A stretch of DNA of 64,000 nt from Candidatus Wolfebacteria bacterium. GTDB lineage: Bacteria > Patescibacteriota > Minisyncoccia > UBA6257 > UBA9933. Below the pieces are notes generated by a model. That model ran no database searches and was not told the origin of the DNA. It was given only the letters and a program-made list of their open reading frames with translations. Below, piece by piece: positions 36,701-46,874 of the stretch; position 1 is the first letter of the stretch; each line of letters begins with the position of its first letter. Made by a program: the position numbers and the translations under genes. The DNA lies in NCBI GenBank assembly GCA_024654025.1, contig JANLIR010000002.1, forward strand, positions 21,885 through 85,884, in the 5' to 3' direction.

Positions 36701-37547
36701 ATAAATTTATGCCGAATTCATTAAATTTATTTTTAATCCATTCCAATTGCCTTTTAAAAATTTCTATCCCTTCGTCATCGCGATAAGCCTGTATGGTAAA
36801 AAACCCACTATAACCAATTTTAGAAAGTCCGGTAAAAATTTTATCAAATTGCGTGTCTCCTGTTCCTAATTCTACAGAACCAGAACCAATTTTCCTATCT
36901 TTTATGTGAATATTACTGATTTTATTGCCATAAGCCACAAATTCTTTTTGCGGGTCATACCCCAAAAAAGCGCTGTTTCCAGTATCATAATTTACCGTGA
37001 CCCGTCTGGAATTAAAATTATTGAGCAATTGAGTAAAAGGCTCGGGAGCGAGATCCGTTTCCAAAGAAAGATTGACTTCACTTTTTTCCAGAAAATCTAT
37101 TATCAGCTTAACATTTTCTGAAAACTGTTTAATATCTTCCGAGCCTAAAATCGCTGTTTTTTCAAGGCAAGGAAAAACAATGTTAGATACGCCCATTTTA
37201 GAAGCGTTGGCTATCAGCTTTTTTAAAACTTCAAGATTTTGCTTAATGTCGCCGTCCGTAACATTGTGGATTGGCGCTTCCATAAAATAATCGGCGCAGA
37301 TATTTTTTACCAAAACCCCCGTTTTATCGCTCAATTCAATGATTTCTTTAAGGCCTTCGTCAGTCATAAGAGGATTATTTTGAAAATTTTCATAATCAAA
37401 TAAAAATTCTATTGAGCCCAAGCCCAATTCTTTCGCTATTAGGAATTCATCCTGCCAATACTCGGCTGGATGGGCTTGATAACGCCCTTTGTGTTTTGGG
37501 AGCAATCTGCCTTGCATAACCCCTATTCTATTAACCGATTTATTCAT
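36690..37547 (-). CDS. Sugar-phosphate isomerase/epimerase (xylose-isomerase-like TIM barrel)
   Basis: 285 aa, AP-endonuclease-2/xylose-isomerase-like fold predicted from IGVMQGRLLP...LGSIEFLFD. Confidence 0.5.
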   Translation of the reverse strand: MNKSVNRIGVMQGRLLPKHKGRYQAHPAEYWQDEFLIAKELGLGSIEFLFDYENFQNNPLMTDEGLKEIIELSDKTGVLVKNICADYFMEAPIHNVTDGDIKQNLEVLKKLIANASKMGVSNIVFPCLEKTAILGSEDIKQFSENVKLIIDFLEKSEVNLSLETDLAPEPFTQLLNNFNSRRVTVNYDTGNSAFLGYDPQKEFVAYGNKISNIHIKDRKIGSGSVELGTGDTQFDKIFTGLSKIGYSGFFTIQAYRDDEGIEIFKRQLEWIKNKFNEFGINLYEN

Positions 37548-38281
37548 AAATCATTTTTAAACATGATAACAGCTTTTTCGTATCTTTCGGGTGTCCCTAT
37601 GTCTATAAACCTTCCGCTGCCTTTAAATCCATAACAATTAAGCTCCAAAACTTTCGGAATTAAATCATGCTCAAGGGAAAAAGAATCAGCCTTAGGCATA
37701 TTTTTAAAAATATCTTTTTTAACAAGATAAATTCCCGCATTCACCAAGCCCTTCTCCTTTTTTTGATTTTTTCCTTTAAAACGGCTGATTTTATTATTAT
37801 TGTCCAACTCGACACTTCCGTAATCAGAAACATCGTCAACTTCTGTCAACGCAATCGAAAGCAAAGAATCATTTTTTAAATGCATGTCGAAAAAATCGAA
37901 AAAATCGATATCAAAAAAAGAGTCCCCATTCATCACCATAAAATGATCGCCAGATATTAAAAATTCGGTGTTTTTAATCGCACCCCCAGTGCCCAAAGGA
38001 GCGCTTTCCTCAGAGAATAAAATTTCGGCGTTTTCGTAATTTTCATAACGATTAATTATCTGATCTTTTAAATATCCAACGCTTAAAATTATTCGCTTAA
38101 ATCCCTTTGATAAAAGATTATCAATTATAATATCCAAAAACGCCTTATTATCCCCCATAGGAGCCAGCACTTTCGGACGGTCGTTTATAACGCTTTTCAA
38201 TCTCTCCCCTTTCCCGCCGCAAAGAATAACAACATCAATATCCTTTAAATTCTTATGGGTGAAAGGTTTCTGTTGGCGCAT
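37544..38281 (-). CDS. Sugar-phosphate nucleotidyltransferase (second copy)
   Basis: IDVVILCGGKGERLKSVINDRPKVLAPM. Confidence 0.7.
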   Translation of the reverse strand: MRQQKPFTHKNLKDIDVVILCGGKGERLKSVINDRPKVLAPMGDNKAFLDIIIDNLLSKGFKRIILSVGYLKDQIINRYENYENAEILFSEESAPLGTGGAIKNTEFLISGDHFMVMNGDSFFDIDFFDFFDMHLKNDSLLSIALTEVDDVSDYGSVELDNNNKISRFKGKNQKKEKGLVNAGIYLVKKDIFKNMPKADSFSLEHDLIPKVLELNCYGFKGSGRFIDIGTPERYEKAVIMFKNDL

Positions 38282-39257
38282 AATAAATTATTTGACTCCC
38301 AACGTTTTCAAATTTGAAAGGAACGTGGAGTAAATTTTTTAGTTTTTCTTTCACTTTTAGCTGCAGTTCCGGCTCGACAAAAAGCAGCATAAAACCGCCG
38401 CCTCCAGCTCCCAAAAGCTTTCCTCCGATAGCGCCCGCCTCTTGTCCAGCTGTATAAATCTCATCTATTACGGGATTAGTAATTTGAGAAGATAAAGATT
38501 TTTTAATTTTCCACCCTTCATGTAAAAGCTTGCCAAAATCTTCTAAATTATCGTTTCCGCTTAATATATTTATTCCTTCATCAACCATCTGCATCATAGC
38601 TCTAATTTCTGAAGTTTTATTATGAGTGTTTTTTATCTGTTCAGCCGCGATATCAGAAGCATTTCTTGATAAGCCGGTGAAAAAAAGCATTAAATGATCT
38701 TGAAATAAGCGCCACTTATTAAAATCCAAGGATATTGGTTTAACTGTTATTTTTTGAAGGCCGCCGAATTCAATTTTATTAAAACCGCCAAATGCCGCTA
38801 TTGTTTGATCCTGACAACCGACATTTTCTTTAATTCTCTCTTGTTCTATATGAATCGCGTCCAACGCCAATTGTCTTTTTGTTATCATTCTTCCCTTTAA
38901 TGCATTTAAAGCATGTAGTAGTCCAACCGTAAAAGTAGAGCTGGAACCAAGGCCGGAACGGGCGGGCAAATCCGCATCATGATGAATTTCAATTCCATCG
39001 TTTATGTCAAGGAACTTTAAAGTTTCCCTTACCGAGGGATGTTGAATTTCATCAACGCCTTTTACATTTTCCAATTTTGACCATATTATTCGGCTTTTAT
39101 GTTCAAAAAAGGGAGGTAAATATCTACAAGTAATGTAACAATATTTATTTATTGTTGTGGCGAGTACAGCGCCTCCGTTGTTATTTTCATACCAAACAGG
39201 ATAATCGCTTCCTCCCCCAAAAAAAGAGATTCTAAAAGGCGTTCTTGTGATAACCAT
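38253..39257 (-). CDS. GHMP-family sugar kinase (second copy, paralogous to 22838..23887)
   Basis: RTPFRISFFGGGSDYPVWY; LGSSSTFTVGLLHALN. Confidence 0.7.
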   Translation of the reverse strand: MVITRTPFRISFFGGGSDYPVWYENNNGGAVLATTINKYCYITCRYLPPFFEHKSRIIWSKLENVKGVDEIQHPSVRETLKFLDINDGIEIHHDADLPARSGLGSSSTFTVGLLHALNALKGRMITKRQLALDAIHIEQERIKENVGCQDQTIAAFGGFNKIEFGGLQKITVKPISLDFNKWRLFQDHLMLFFTGLSRNASDIAAEQIKNTHNKTSEIRAMMQMVDEGINILSGNDNLEDFGKLLHEGWKIKKSLSSQITNPVIDEIYTAGQEAGAIGGKLLGAGGGGFMLLFVEPELQLKVKEKLKNLLHVPFKFENVGSQIIYYAPTETFHP

Positions 39258-39360
39258 AAATTTTATTTACATAAGCAATATAACGCAATAGGAATAAAAA
39301 TCAAATAAAAATGGCGGTCGGGTTTCCCCGTCCGCCAAGCGATAAATTCTGATACGCTAT

Positions 39361-40851
39361 TTACTCCAAAAGCTTCCTTTTGAGAATAATTTGGCTCATT
39401 TTCCGGATATGCTCCGCCGTTGTTTTCCCGAATTTCGCGTGAATCATATTAAGATAAGACGCGCTTGAAAAATACTTCTGAAACGCCTTGTCCCGAAATC
39501 GCAGAACTTCCGCAGCTGAAAGCTTGTCTGTCGGAAGAGGCAAACATTCGTAAGCATGCTGTGAATACCCAATCCACCCAGGACCACCCTCATCATCCGG
39601 CAAAGGTAATTTACCTTTAGCGGCACGGTACAAAGCCGAACCCGGATAAGCCATGGCGCAATAGAAATTCGCCCATTCGGCGTTTATTTCTAAAGCTAGA
39701 TCAAGGGTTTCTTGCATTGAATCTAAAGTATCGTCCGGTAAGCCGAAGATATAGTTCGCCCCCACATAAATATCAGCTTTCTGTATTTTTCTGGCAACTT
39801 TAATCACATCTTCATTGCTAAATTTCTTTCGGGCGCTATTTCTTACGTGTTTACTTCCTGATTCAATTCCTAAAGCCAACCATCTGAAACCAGCCTTCCT
39901 TAACCGCTCAAGAAATTTATCCTTGATTGTATCCACGCGAGCGTAAGCCCAAATATTCAAATCGTAACCGCGTTCAATAATCCTGTCGCAAATGCCCAAT
40001 ACGTGCGCCTCGTTTAAAACGAACATCTCATCAACGATTTTTATATTTCGCACACCGTACCTGTTGACGAGAATATCAATTTCCTTAATCACGCGGTCTG
40101 GAGAAAACATCCGATAAGACGACTTGCCGAATGGCGCGTTGATGCAGCAGAAAATGCACGAAAACGGGCACCCGAAGGAAGTGTAAATCGCCGCGTAGGG
40201 TTTTCTCTTACCGACATTCTCAAAACAATGCCAGTTGTGCGCCCGATAATTACCCATCGGCAAAAGATCCCACGCCGTGATATCAAATTCCTCATCAAGA
40301 TCATTAATGAGAGGCGCAGTTTTTTTTGAACGCGCGATATGCCCTGCTGAGTCGCGATACCATAAATTACTAACCTTACTAAAATCGCTTGAGACAGACC
40401 TGAACGCAAGCAACGTCTCATAGATAGTAACTGGGCCTTCTCCCTCGCACACGAAATCAACACATTCCTCATTCAAAGTCCTTTCAGGAAGCGCGGAAGG
40501 ATGGGTCCCCACCATCATGATTTTGCACTCCGGCATCTCTACCTTAATCGCTCTGCACACCTCGCTGGCTGCAGGCATATTTTGAGTTGACGCCGACGGC
40601 TGATGGCCTTGAACCACCACAACAATCAAAACCGGCTTACACTTTTCAATAGCTTTTAATACGTCTTTTACTTCCATGCCCATTCCAGGCATATCGGCTA
40701 TCAGCGCGCTGCAATTTTTCAGTCGAAGATAATTCGCAAATAGGCCCGCCAGCGCGGGCGGCTCTATCGCGGAAAAATCCTCACCCAATTTCTGAAAAAC
40801 AGCTTTGGGATTACCAGGCACAATAAACAACACATCCACCAATGATTTCAT
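39361..40851 (-). CDS. B12-binding radical SAM enzyme (second copy)
   Basis: N-terminal B12-binding domain (VLFIVPGNPKAV...), then FGCPFSCIFC. GC of sampled 60-mers is 53-55%. Confidence 0.7.
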   Translation of the reverse strand: MKSLVDVLFIVPGNPKAVFQKLGEDFSAIEPPALAGLFANYLRLKNCSALIADMPGMGMEVKDVLKAIEKCKPVLIVVVVQGHQPSASTQNMPAASEVCRAIKVEMPECKIMMVGTHPSALPERTLNEECVDFVCEGEGPVTIYETLLAFRSVSSDFSKVSNLWYRDSAGHIARSKKTAPLINDLDEEFDITAWDLLPMGNYRAHNWHCFENVGKRKPYAAIYTSFGCPFSCIFCCINAPFGKSSYRMFSPDRVIKEIDILVNRYGVRNIKIVDEMFVLNEAHVLGICDRIIERGYDLNIWAYARVDTIKDKFLERLRKAGFRWLALGIESGSKHVRNSARKKFSNEDVIKVARKIQKADIYVGANYIFGLPDDTLDSMQETLDLALEINAEWANFYCAMAYPGSALYRAAKGKLPLPDDEGGPGWIGYSQHAYECLPLPTDKLSAAEVLRFRDKAFQKYFSSASYLNMIHAKFGKTTAEHIRKMSQIILKRKLLE

Positions 40852-40945
40852 AACTCCCCCTATCTTTCTGTATTATTTTTTTGGGAAATCTACTAACGAA
40901 ACTATATAGCTCTAAAGTATTTGAAGTCAAGTAAAAAATAAGCGT

Positions 40946-41380
40946 TTATAAGCGCTTATTTTTTATAACTGTTTTTATTTTCCCAATAATTTTGCCAATC
41001 TCTTGTTTCGATAAAATCTTTCTTTCCTTTCTGTAATTATCTATATCTCCCAACAAAACTTTCGGAATAATATGGAAATGAAAATGCTTTATGCTTTTAC
41101 CGGCGTTATTGCCGTCTCTCCCTAAAATTGAACAATCTTTATAACCAAAAGATTGGAGTATTTTTACGGCTAAGCTCACTAAATCCAACATTTCATCTCG
41201 TTCTTTTTTTCTTAAATCTAAAAAGGACTCAGTATGACGCTTAGGGACAACCAGCAAATGATCCTTATGATAAGGGGCTAACGCGTAAGTTAAAAAAGAA
41301 AACTTCTTTTCAATAATCCTTTCTTGCGGCAAACAAAAAGGGCATTGTTTTGATTTTTTCAGAAAATCGCCGTATAACAC
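40946..41380 (-). CDS. HIT-family nucleotide hydrolase/transferase
   Basis: HFHFHIIP histidine-triad motif; CPFC zinc-binding motif at the N-terminus. Confidence 0.7.
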   Translation of the reverse strand: MLYGDFLKKSKQCPFCLPQERIIEKKFSFLTYALAPYHKDHLLVVPKRHTESFLDLRKKERDEMLDLVSLAVKILQSFGYKDCSILGRDGNNAGKSIKHFHFHIIPKVLLGDIDNYRKERKILSKQEIGKIIGKIKTVIKNKRL

Positions 41381-41385
41381 GTTGT

Positions 41386-42321
41386 TTATAAATTCGAAAA
41401 ATGATTCCTTTTGATAATTTGGTATCCTTTTATTAATTCTTCTATTCCTTCCTGTAAAGAAATTTTGGACTTAAAACCGGTTTTTTCTATTTTTTCATTA
41501 CTAACAATATAATCTCTTTTATCCGGATCCTCTCCAATTTTTGCTTCGGCAAAATAAAAATCGGGGAGTTGTTTTTTTATCTCATTGCATAGTTCCATTT
41601 TGCTCAAGTTAGCGTCGCTCAAGCCCACGTTATACGGTTCATTTTTCATCTTATCGAAATTCTCCATCGCGTGAATGAAAGCGGCCGCCACATCGCGAAC
41701 ATGAATATAATTCCTCTTAAAATGGGCCTCAAAAAGAACCACAAAACGGTCGGTTACTGCCCTATAAACAAAATCATTTACGAGTAAGTCCAAACGCATA
41801 CGCGGGCTAACGCCAAATACAGTCGCTAATCTAAGAGTAATGCTGTTCCCCGCTTCAAGAAGCGCTTTCTCGGCTTCTACTTTTAGTTTCCCATATAAAG
41901 AAATCGGGTTAAGAGGCGTAGTTTCATCGCAATATGCGTCTTTCTGGCCTATGCCATAACCGCTGTTAGTATTGGGATAAATAATTTTCTGGCCTTTTTC
42001 CCGAAGCTCTAAAATCATCTTTATGGCGTCTAAATTAATGCTTTTTGCGGCCAGCGGGTCTCTATCGCAAGCCAGAGCGCCAACAATACAGGCTAAAGGA
42101 ATGATAAATTCCGCTCCTTTTATATGTTCAGAAATCAATTCGCGGCTTCTTGCGTCTCCACGGATTATTTTCAAATTCTTGTCATTACAAACATCCAACA
42201 ATGACATTTGGTCATAAAAAAAATTATCAATCGCCGTAACTTCATGTCCGCGCTTAAGAAGCTCCGGAGTTAAAATCGAACCTATGTATCCGGCAGCGCC
42301 GGTTATTAATACTTTTGACAT
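41386..42321 (-). CDS. NAD-dependent nucleotide-sugar epimerase/dehydratase (extended SDR)
   Basis: MSKVLITGAAGYIGSIL; YGKLKVEAE (YxxxK). Confidence 0.7.
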   Translation of the reverse strand: MSKVLITGAAGYIGSILTPELLKRGHEVTAIDNFFYDQMSLLDVCNDKNLKIIRGDARSRELISEHIKGAEFIIPLACIVGALACDRDPLAAKSINLDAIKMILELREKGQKIIYPNTNSGYGIGQKDAYCDETTPLNPISLYGKLKVEAEKALLEAGNSITLRLATVFGVSPRMRLDLLVNDFVYRAVTDRFVVLFEAHFKRNYIHVRDVAAAFIHAMENFDKMKNEPYNVGLSDANLSKMELCNEIKKQLPDFYFAEAKIGEDPDKRDYIVSNEKIEKTGFKSKISLQEGIEELIKGYQIIKRNHFSNL

Positions 42322-42322
42322 A

Positions 42323-43495
42323 TTATTTTATGCTTTCCAAAACAACGTTTGAAATAAATCTTACATCATTTTCATTAAGGGATGGATTTTGGGGAAGAAA
42401 AAACCCAGTATAATGTATCCTGTCAGCCATAGGAGCGGAAAATTTTCCATAACGCTCAAACCAAAACGGATGAAGCCCTAAATTTCCAGCAGAAAAAATT
42501 CTCGTTTCAATTCCATTATCTTCAAGCGCTTTAACTATCTTTCTCCGTTCTTCTCCGTCTTTCGCCAGCGCTCCAAAATGAATACTGCAAATAATTGATT
42601 CTTTATCGTATTTTTGAGAATAAAAATAATCTCCTAATAATTCTTTATAAAGCGCGTGGTTTTCTCTCCTTCTTTTTATAAGCCATTCTATCTTATCAAC
42701 CTGTCTTATGCCCAAAAATGCGTTTAGATCGGTAGAACGGAGATTAAAACCCGGCTCATAAAACACAAATGGCGAGTGGAAATCATCAATATCGTATTTT
42801 TTAATCAATTCATTGTGAGTTTCTTTATCCAAATCCTTACCCCAACCATGGCTTCTTATTCGCAAAAGAATATCATTAAAAATTTTATTATCAGTTGAAA
42901 CCAGCCCTCCTTCTATAGTTGAAAGCTGATGTCCGAAATAAAGGGAAAAACTGGCCATATCGCCAAAAGTGCCGACTTTTTTGCCCTTGTAAGAAGAGCC
43001 CATTGAAGCACACGCGTCTTCAAGTAAAATAAATCCATATTTTTCCTTAAGCGCCGTAAGCTCATCCATCTTATGTGGCACTCCCAAAACCTGCACCATA
43101 ACAACCGTGCTAGGATTATGTTCTATCAATAATTTTTCTAAATGTTCAAGATCTAAGCCAAAGGTGTCTTTATCCGCTTCACACATTATCGGCTCAAATC
43201 CGAGTTGAATCGCCGGAGCAATTGTTGTCACCCAACCCACGCTCGGGACTATAACTTTTTTATTTTTTAAAACGCCTGAAATAAGAAGCGTATAATACAT
43301 CAACAAATTAGCCGAAGAACCGGAATTGCAAAAAACAGAATACTTTCTGCCAACCCAATCGCTCCATTTTTTTTCAAAAGCGGGAGTGAGCTCTCCTTTT
43401 GTCAGCCGCGGATTAGTTTTCAACCATTCAATCAGCTGATTAATATCTTCTTTATCAATCGTATCTTCGGCAAGATGATATTTTATTTCTTTCAT
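42323..43495 (-). CDS. DegT/DnrJ/EryC1/StrS-family PLP-dependent sugar aminotransferase/dehydratase
   Basis: 390 aa; ...VFCNSGSSANLL...; RfbH/DdhC-like N-terminus. Confidence 0.65.
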   Translation of the reverse strand: MKEIKYHLAEDTIDKEDINQLIEWLKTNPRLTKGELTPAFEKKWSDWVGRKYSVFCNSGSSANLLMYYTLLISGVLKNKKVIVPSVGWVTTIAPAIQLGFEPIMCEADKDTFGLDLEHLEKLLIEHNPSTVVMVQVLGVPHKMDELTALKEKYGFILLEDACASMGSSYKGKKVGTFGDMASFSLYFGHQLSTIEGGLVSTDNKIFNDILLRIRSHGWGKDLDKETHNELIKKYDIDDFHSPFVFYEPGFNLRSTDLNAFLGIRQVDKIEWLIKRRRENHALYKELLGDYFYSQKYDKESIICSIHFGALAKDGEERRKIVKALEDNGIETRIFSAGNLGLHPFWFERYGKFSAPMADRIHYTGFFLPQNPSLNENDVRFISNVVLESIK

Positions 43496-43506
43496 TTCTT
43501 AAATTC

Positions 43507-44454
43507 CTAAATATTAAATCCTTTAACCGCTTTTATAATCGCTTCTTCGTCCAAATTGAGCAGTTTGTGTAAATAATTTCTGCCTCCCAATTCAAAAGCA
43601 TATTTATCGTCAACGCCCATTCTTTTTAATTTAATATCGGCGTCGTTATCAAGAATTATTTTTGACACTAATCCATCCAATCCGCCGTTATTTATAAATC
43701 CCTCCTCCAAAGTAATGGCATATTTATATTTTTTTAAAGCTTCAAACAAGGATTGTTCATTAGCGGGTTTCAATAAAAATACGTCTATTACGCCCACTCC
43801 GGGCAATTCCTTTGCCGCATTTAAAGCCCGATGCGTCATATAGCCGGTAGAAACCAAACAAACGTTATCCCCTTTTAAAAACTCATAAAATCCTTTTTCA
43901 ATATTCAAATCTTCCGCGCCTTCATAAATTGTCGGCAGCGGTTTACTATCAAATCGCAAATATTTTGGATTTTTATATTTAATCGAATAATCAACGAATT
44001 TTTTTGCCAATACCCAATCGCTCGGAGAAAAAACCGAAAAATTAGGCATCAATCTCATAATACTTAAATCTTCTAACGAGTGGTGGGTTGGTCCGGAAAC
44101 GTCATAGCTTAGTCCAGCCCCTATTCCGATAAGATTAACGTTGTTAGGCCTTATCTGGGAGGAAATAGACAAACTCTGCCTTATCTGCTCAAAAGGCCTC
44201 ATTGTTATAAAAGGCGCAATGGCATAAGCATAAACAATATAACCTTCCAGACCCAAACCGACCGCAACATTTATTAAGTTCTGCTCGGCGATTCCAACAT
44301 TTATAAACCGGTCTTTAAAATCTGTTTTTAATTTATCCAGCGCCGGGGCTCCTAAATCCGCCGTAACAAAAAAAATCCGGTCATTTTCTTTCATTTTCTC
44401 GTAAACCGTTTCTATAAATGCGTCCCGCATTGTTTTTGGCTTGTTGTCGCTCAT
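43507..44454 (-). CDS. Transketolase, C-terminal (pyrimidine-binding) subunit
   Basis: 315 aa; ...FINVGIAEQNLINVAVGLGLEG... Confidence 0.75.
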   Translation of the reverse strand: MSDNKPKTMRDAFIETVYEKMKENDRIFFVTADLGAPALDKLKTDFKDRFINVGIAEQNLINVAVGLGLEGYIVYAYAIAPFITMRPFEQIRQSLSISSQIRPNNVNLIGIGAGLSYDVSGPTHHSLEDLSIMRLMPNFSVFSPSDWVLAKKFVDYSIKYKNPKYLRFDSKPLPTIYEGAEDLNIEKGFYEFLKGDNVCLVSTGYMTHRALNAAKELPGVGVIDVFLLKPANEQSLFEALKKYKYAITLEEGFINNGGLDGLVSKIILDNDADIKLKRMGVDDKYAFELGGRNYLHKLLNLDEEAIIKAVKGFNI

Positions 44455-45272
44455 TGTAATTGATTAATAGCGGCGATGACTTCTTCCTCATTCAAAGACT
44501 TTACGTGGCACAAAGCGTCGTTTTCCAGTTGAGGAACTCCTTTGCCTTTTATTGTATTGGCAATTAAAACTTTCGGCCGGCTGTTTTTGGCTTCTTTTAA
44601 TTTTTTCAAAGATTCCAGTACCACCGATACATCGTGGCCGTCTATTGTTTCAACGTCCCATTTAAAGGCCCTAAACTTTTCTTCAAGCGGCAATAAATCA
44701 ATAATATTTTTACAATAATCAAGCATGGCTATTTTATTGCTGTCGATAATCAGCACCAAGTTTTCTAATTTATGCTCAGACGCAAACATAACAGCCTCCC
44801 AAACCGCGCCTTCATATAATTCCCCATCTCCCATCAAAACAAAAACCGTTGAATCGGAATTCTTATTTCTTAAAGCGATCGCTGATCCAGAGGCCACTCC
44901 TAATCCATGCCCCAACGCGCCGTTAATAGTTTCATAGCCTGGGATTGTTGTATCGGGAATGCCTCCCAAAAAAGATCCTTCGTGGCAAACTTTTTCTAAT
45001 TCGCTCTTATCAAAAAAACCCAGGTCCGCCAGTATCGGATACAAAGATATAGAGCCGTGGCCTTTGCTGATTATAAATCTGTCCCTTTCCTCCCATCGGG
45101 GATTTTTAGCGTCAAATTTTAAAACTCCTCCATAATACAAGGCCACAAAAATTTCAACGTCTGACAAAGACGAAGCGAGGCGGGTTTCCGGAGCAATTTT
45201 ATGGATATTTAACGTCTCTTTTCTGACCCACAAGGCTTTTTCTTTTAAAGATTCCGGTGAAAAATTAGTCAT
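44451..45272 (-). CDS. Transketolase, N-terminal (ThDP-binding) subunit
   Basis: ...GHGSISLYPILADLG...GALGHGLGVASGSAIA...VLMGDGELYEGAVWEA; overlaps the C-terminal subunit by 4 nt. Confidence 0.75.
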   Translation of the reverse strand: MTNFSPESLKEKALWVRKETLNIHKIAPETRLASSLSDVEIFVALYYGGVLKFDAKNPRWEERDRFIISKGHGSISLYPILADLGFFDKSELEKVCHEGSFLGGIPDTTIPGYETINGALGHGLGVASGSAIALRNKNSDSTVFVLMGDGELYEGAVWEAVMFASEHKLENLVLIIDSNKIAMLDYCKNIIDLLPLEEKFRAFKWDVETIDGHDVSVVLESLKKLKEAKNSRPKVLIANTIKGKGVPQLENDALCHVKSLNEEEVIAAINQLQ

Positions 45273-45314
45273 AAATATTACTATAAATTATCATGATTAC
45301 TCAAATAATCAAAA

Positions 45315-46250
45315 TTAAAGATTACCGTAATTGTCCACAAACCACTTATAGGCCTCTTTCAACCCATCCTCAAAACTAATTTGGTGTTTCCATCCAAGGG
45401 ATTGTAAACGGCTATTGTCTAACATTCTTACCGGCGTTCCGTCGGGCTTACTCGAATCCCATTCGATATATCCTTCAAAACCGACTATTTTTTTAATCAT
45501 TTCGGCTAATTCTTTTATGGAAATATCAGTGCCAATTCCAATGTTAATTATCTCTGACTCGTTATAATTATTCATCAAAAACACGCAAGCATCGGCCAAA
45601 TCATCAACATAAAGAAACTCTCTTCTAGGAGCGCCGGTTCCCCATAATAGAACCTTTTCCGAATTACTAACCTTCGCCTCGTAAAATTTTCTTATTAATG
45701 CCGGCAGAACATGGGAATTATTTAAATCAAAATTATCATTAGGACCGTATAAATTAGTCGGCATTACAGAAATAAAATTAGTGCCGTATTGCTTATTATA
45801 ACTTTGGCACATTTTAATGCCAGCGATTTTAGCAATTGCGTAAGCATCATTAGTCGGCTCCAAATATCCAGAAAGCAGATATTCCTCCTTTATCGGCTGA
45901 GGACAATTTTTTGGATAAACACAGGCAGATCCTAAAAATAAAAGTTTTTTCACTCCGCTCAAATAACAATTATGTATAATATTGTTTTGAATGGTTAAAT
46001 TCTCATATATAAAATCAGCGGAATAAGTATTATTAGCCAAAATTCCACCTACTTTGGCCGCTGCGTCAAAAACATATTCCGGTTTTTCTTCTTTAAAAAA
46101 ATCAGCCACTTTACTAACGTCAAGTAAATTAAGCTCTTCACGGGTTTTAAACACTAAATTAGTATAACCCTGGCTTTCCAGCTTTCTTAAAATCGCGGAT
46201 CCAACTAATCCTTTATGGCCGGCAATATAAATTTTAGAGTTCTTTTCCAT
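45315..46250 (-). CDS. fcl: GDP-L-fucose synthase-like 3,5-epimerase/4-reductase
   Basis: [20 protein letters not shown]...SACVYP...[12 protein letters not shown] matches the Fcl/WcaG family. Confidence 0.7.
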   Translation of the reverse strand: MEKNSKIYIAGHKGLVGSAILRKLESQGYTNLVFKTREELNLLDVSKVADFFKEEKPEYVFDAAAKVGGILANNTYSADFIYENLTIQNNIIHNCYLSGVKKLLFLGSACVYPKNCPQPIKEEYLLSGYLEPTNDAYAIAKIAGIKMCQSYNKQYGTNFISVMPTNLYGPNDNFDLNNSHVLPALIRKFYEAKVSNSEKVLLWGTGAPRREFLYVDDLADACVFLMNNYNESEIINIGIGTDISIKELAEMIKKIVGFEGYIEWDSSKPDGTPVRMLDNSRLQSLGWKHQISFEDGLKEAYKWFVDNYGNL

Positions 46251-46274
46251 TTTGTATATAAAAATAGGTAAAAT

Positions 46275-46874
46275 CTACTCCAAAATACCGTCCAGATTGA
46301 CGTCATAGAGGATTTCGTCTTGGACTAAACGGTAAGAAATGATTTCGTTTGGCAAAAACCAATGATTAACTTCCATTTCCGCTTCTTCAACCGAACCGGA
46401 AGCGTGAACCAAATTCCTTATTGACCTGTTGTCGCTATCAGCCATTTCATAAGAATCCAAGACATAATCTCCTCTGATAGTTCCCACATCCGAAGACAAC
46501 GGCTCGGTTCCGCCAACTAATTTTCTGACTATTTTTACCGCGTGCGCGCCTTCCCAAACTATTGCAATCAAAGGCCCAGAAGACATAAATTTCACTAGTC
46601 CGTCTAAAACCGGCTGAGAAATTTCAATTGGATCTTCTGATGGCGGGCTTTGGCCTTTTTCCTTATAGCTTTTTATTGTTTTTTCTCCCACATTTTTTCG
46701 CCACTGGGAATCAAGTGTGTAGTGTTTTTCAATATGATCGCCGCTTGCCACCATCATCTTCATTGCCACTAATTTCAATCCGATCCGCTCAAATCGCTGT
46801 ATTATTTCTCCAATTAGTGTTCTCTGAACAGCGTCGGGCTTAATTAGAACTAATGTACGCTCCTTCTTGTTCAT
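46275..46874 (-). CDS. ndk: Nucleoside diphosphate kinase (with a ~40-aa insertion)
   Basis: TLVLIKPDAVQRTLIGEIIQRFE...NLVHASGS, with the catalytic His in NLVHASG. Confidence 0.8.
   Translation of the reverse strand: MNKKERTLVLIKPDAVQRTLIGEIIQRFERIGLKLVAMKMMVASGDHIEKHYTLDSQWRKNVGEKTIKSYKEKGQSPPSEDPIEISQPVLDGLVKFMSSGPLIAIVWEGAHAVKIVRKLVGGTEPLSSDVGTIRGDYVLDSYEMADSDNRSIRNLVHASGSVEEAEMEVNHWFLPNEIISYRLVQDEILYDVNLDGILE

Noticed and set aside
40089-40472. 127-aa Arg-rich minus-strand ORF inside the second radical-SAM gene
   Set aside because: It is out of frame with the radical-SAM ORF and entirely overlaps it, with Arg-rich low-complexity translation typical of a GC-rich off-frame read.
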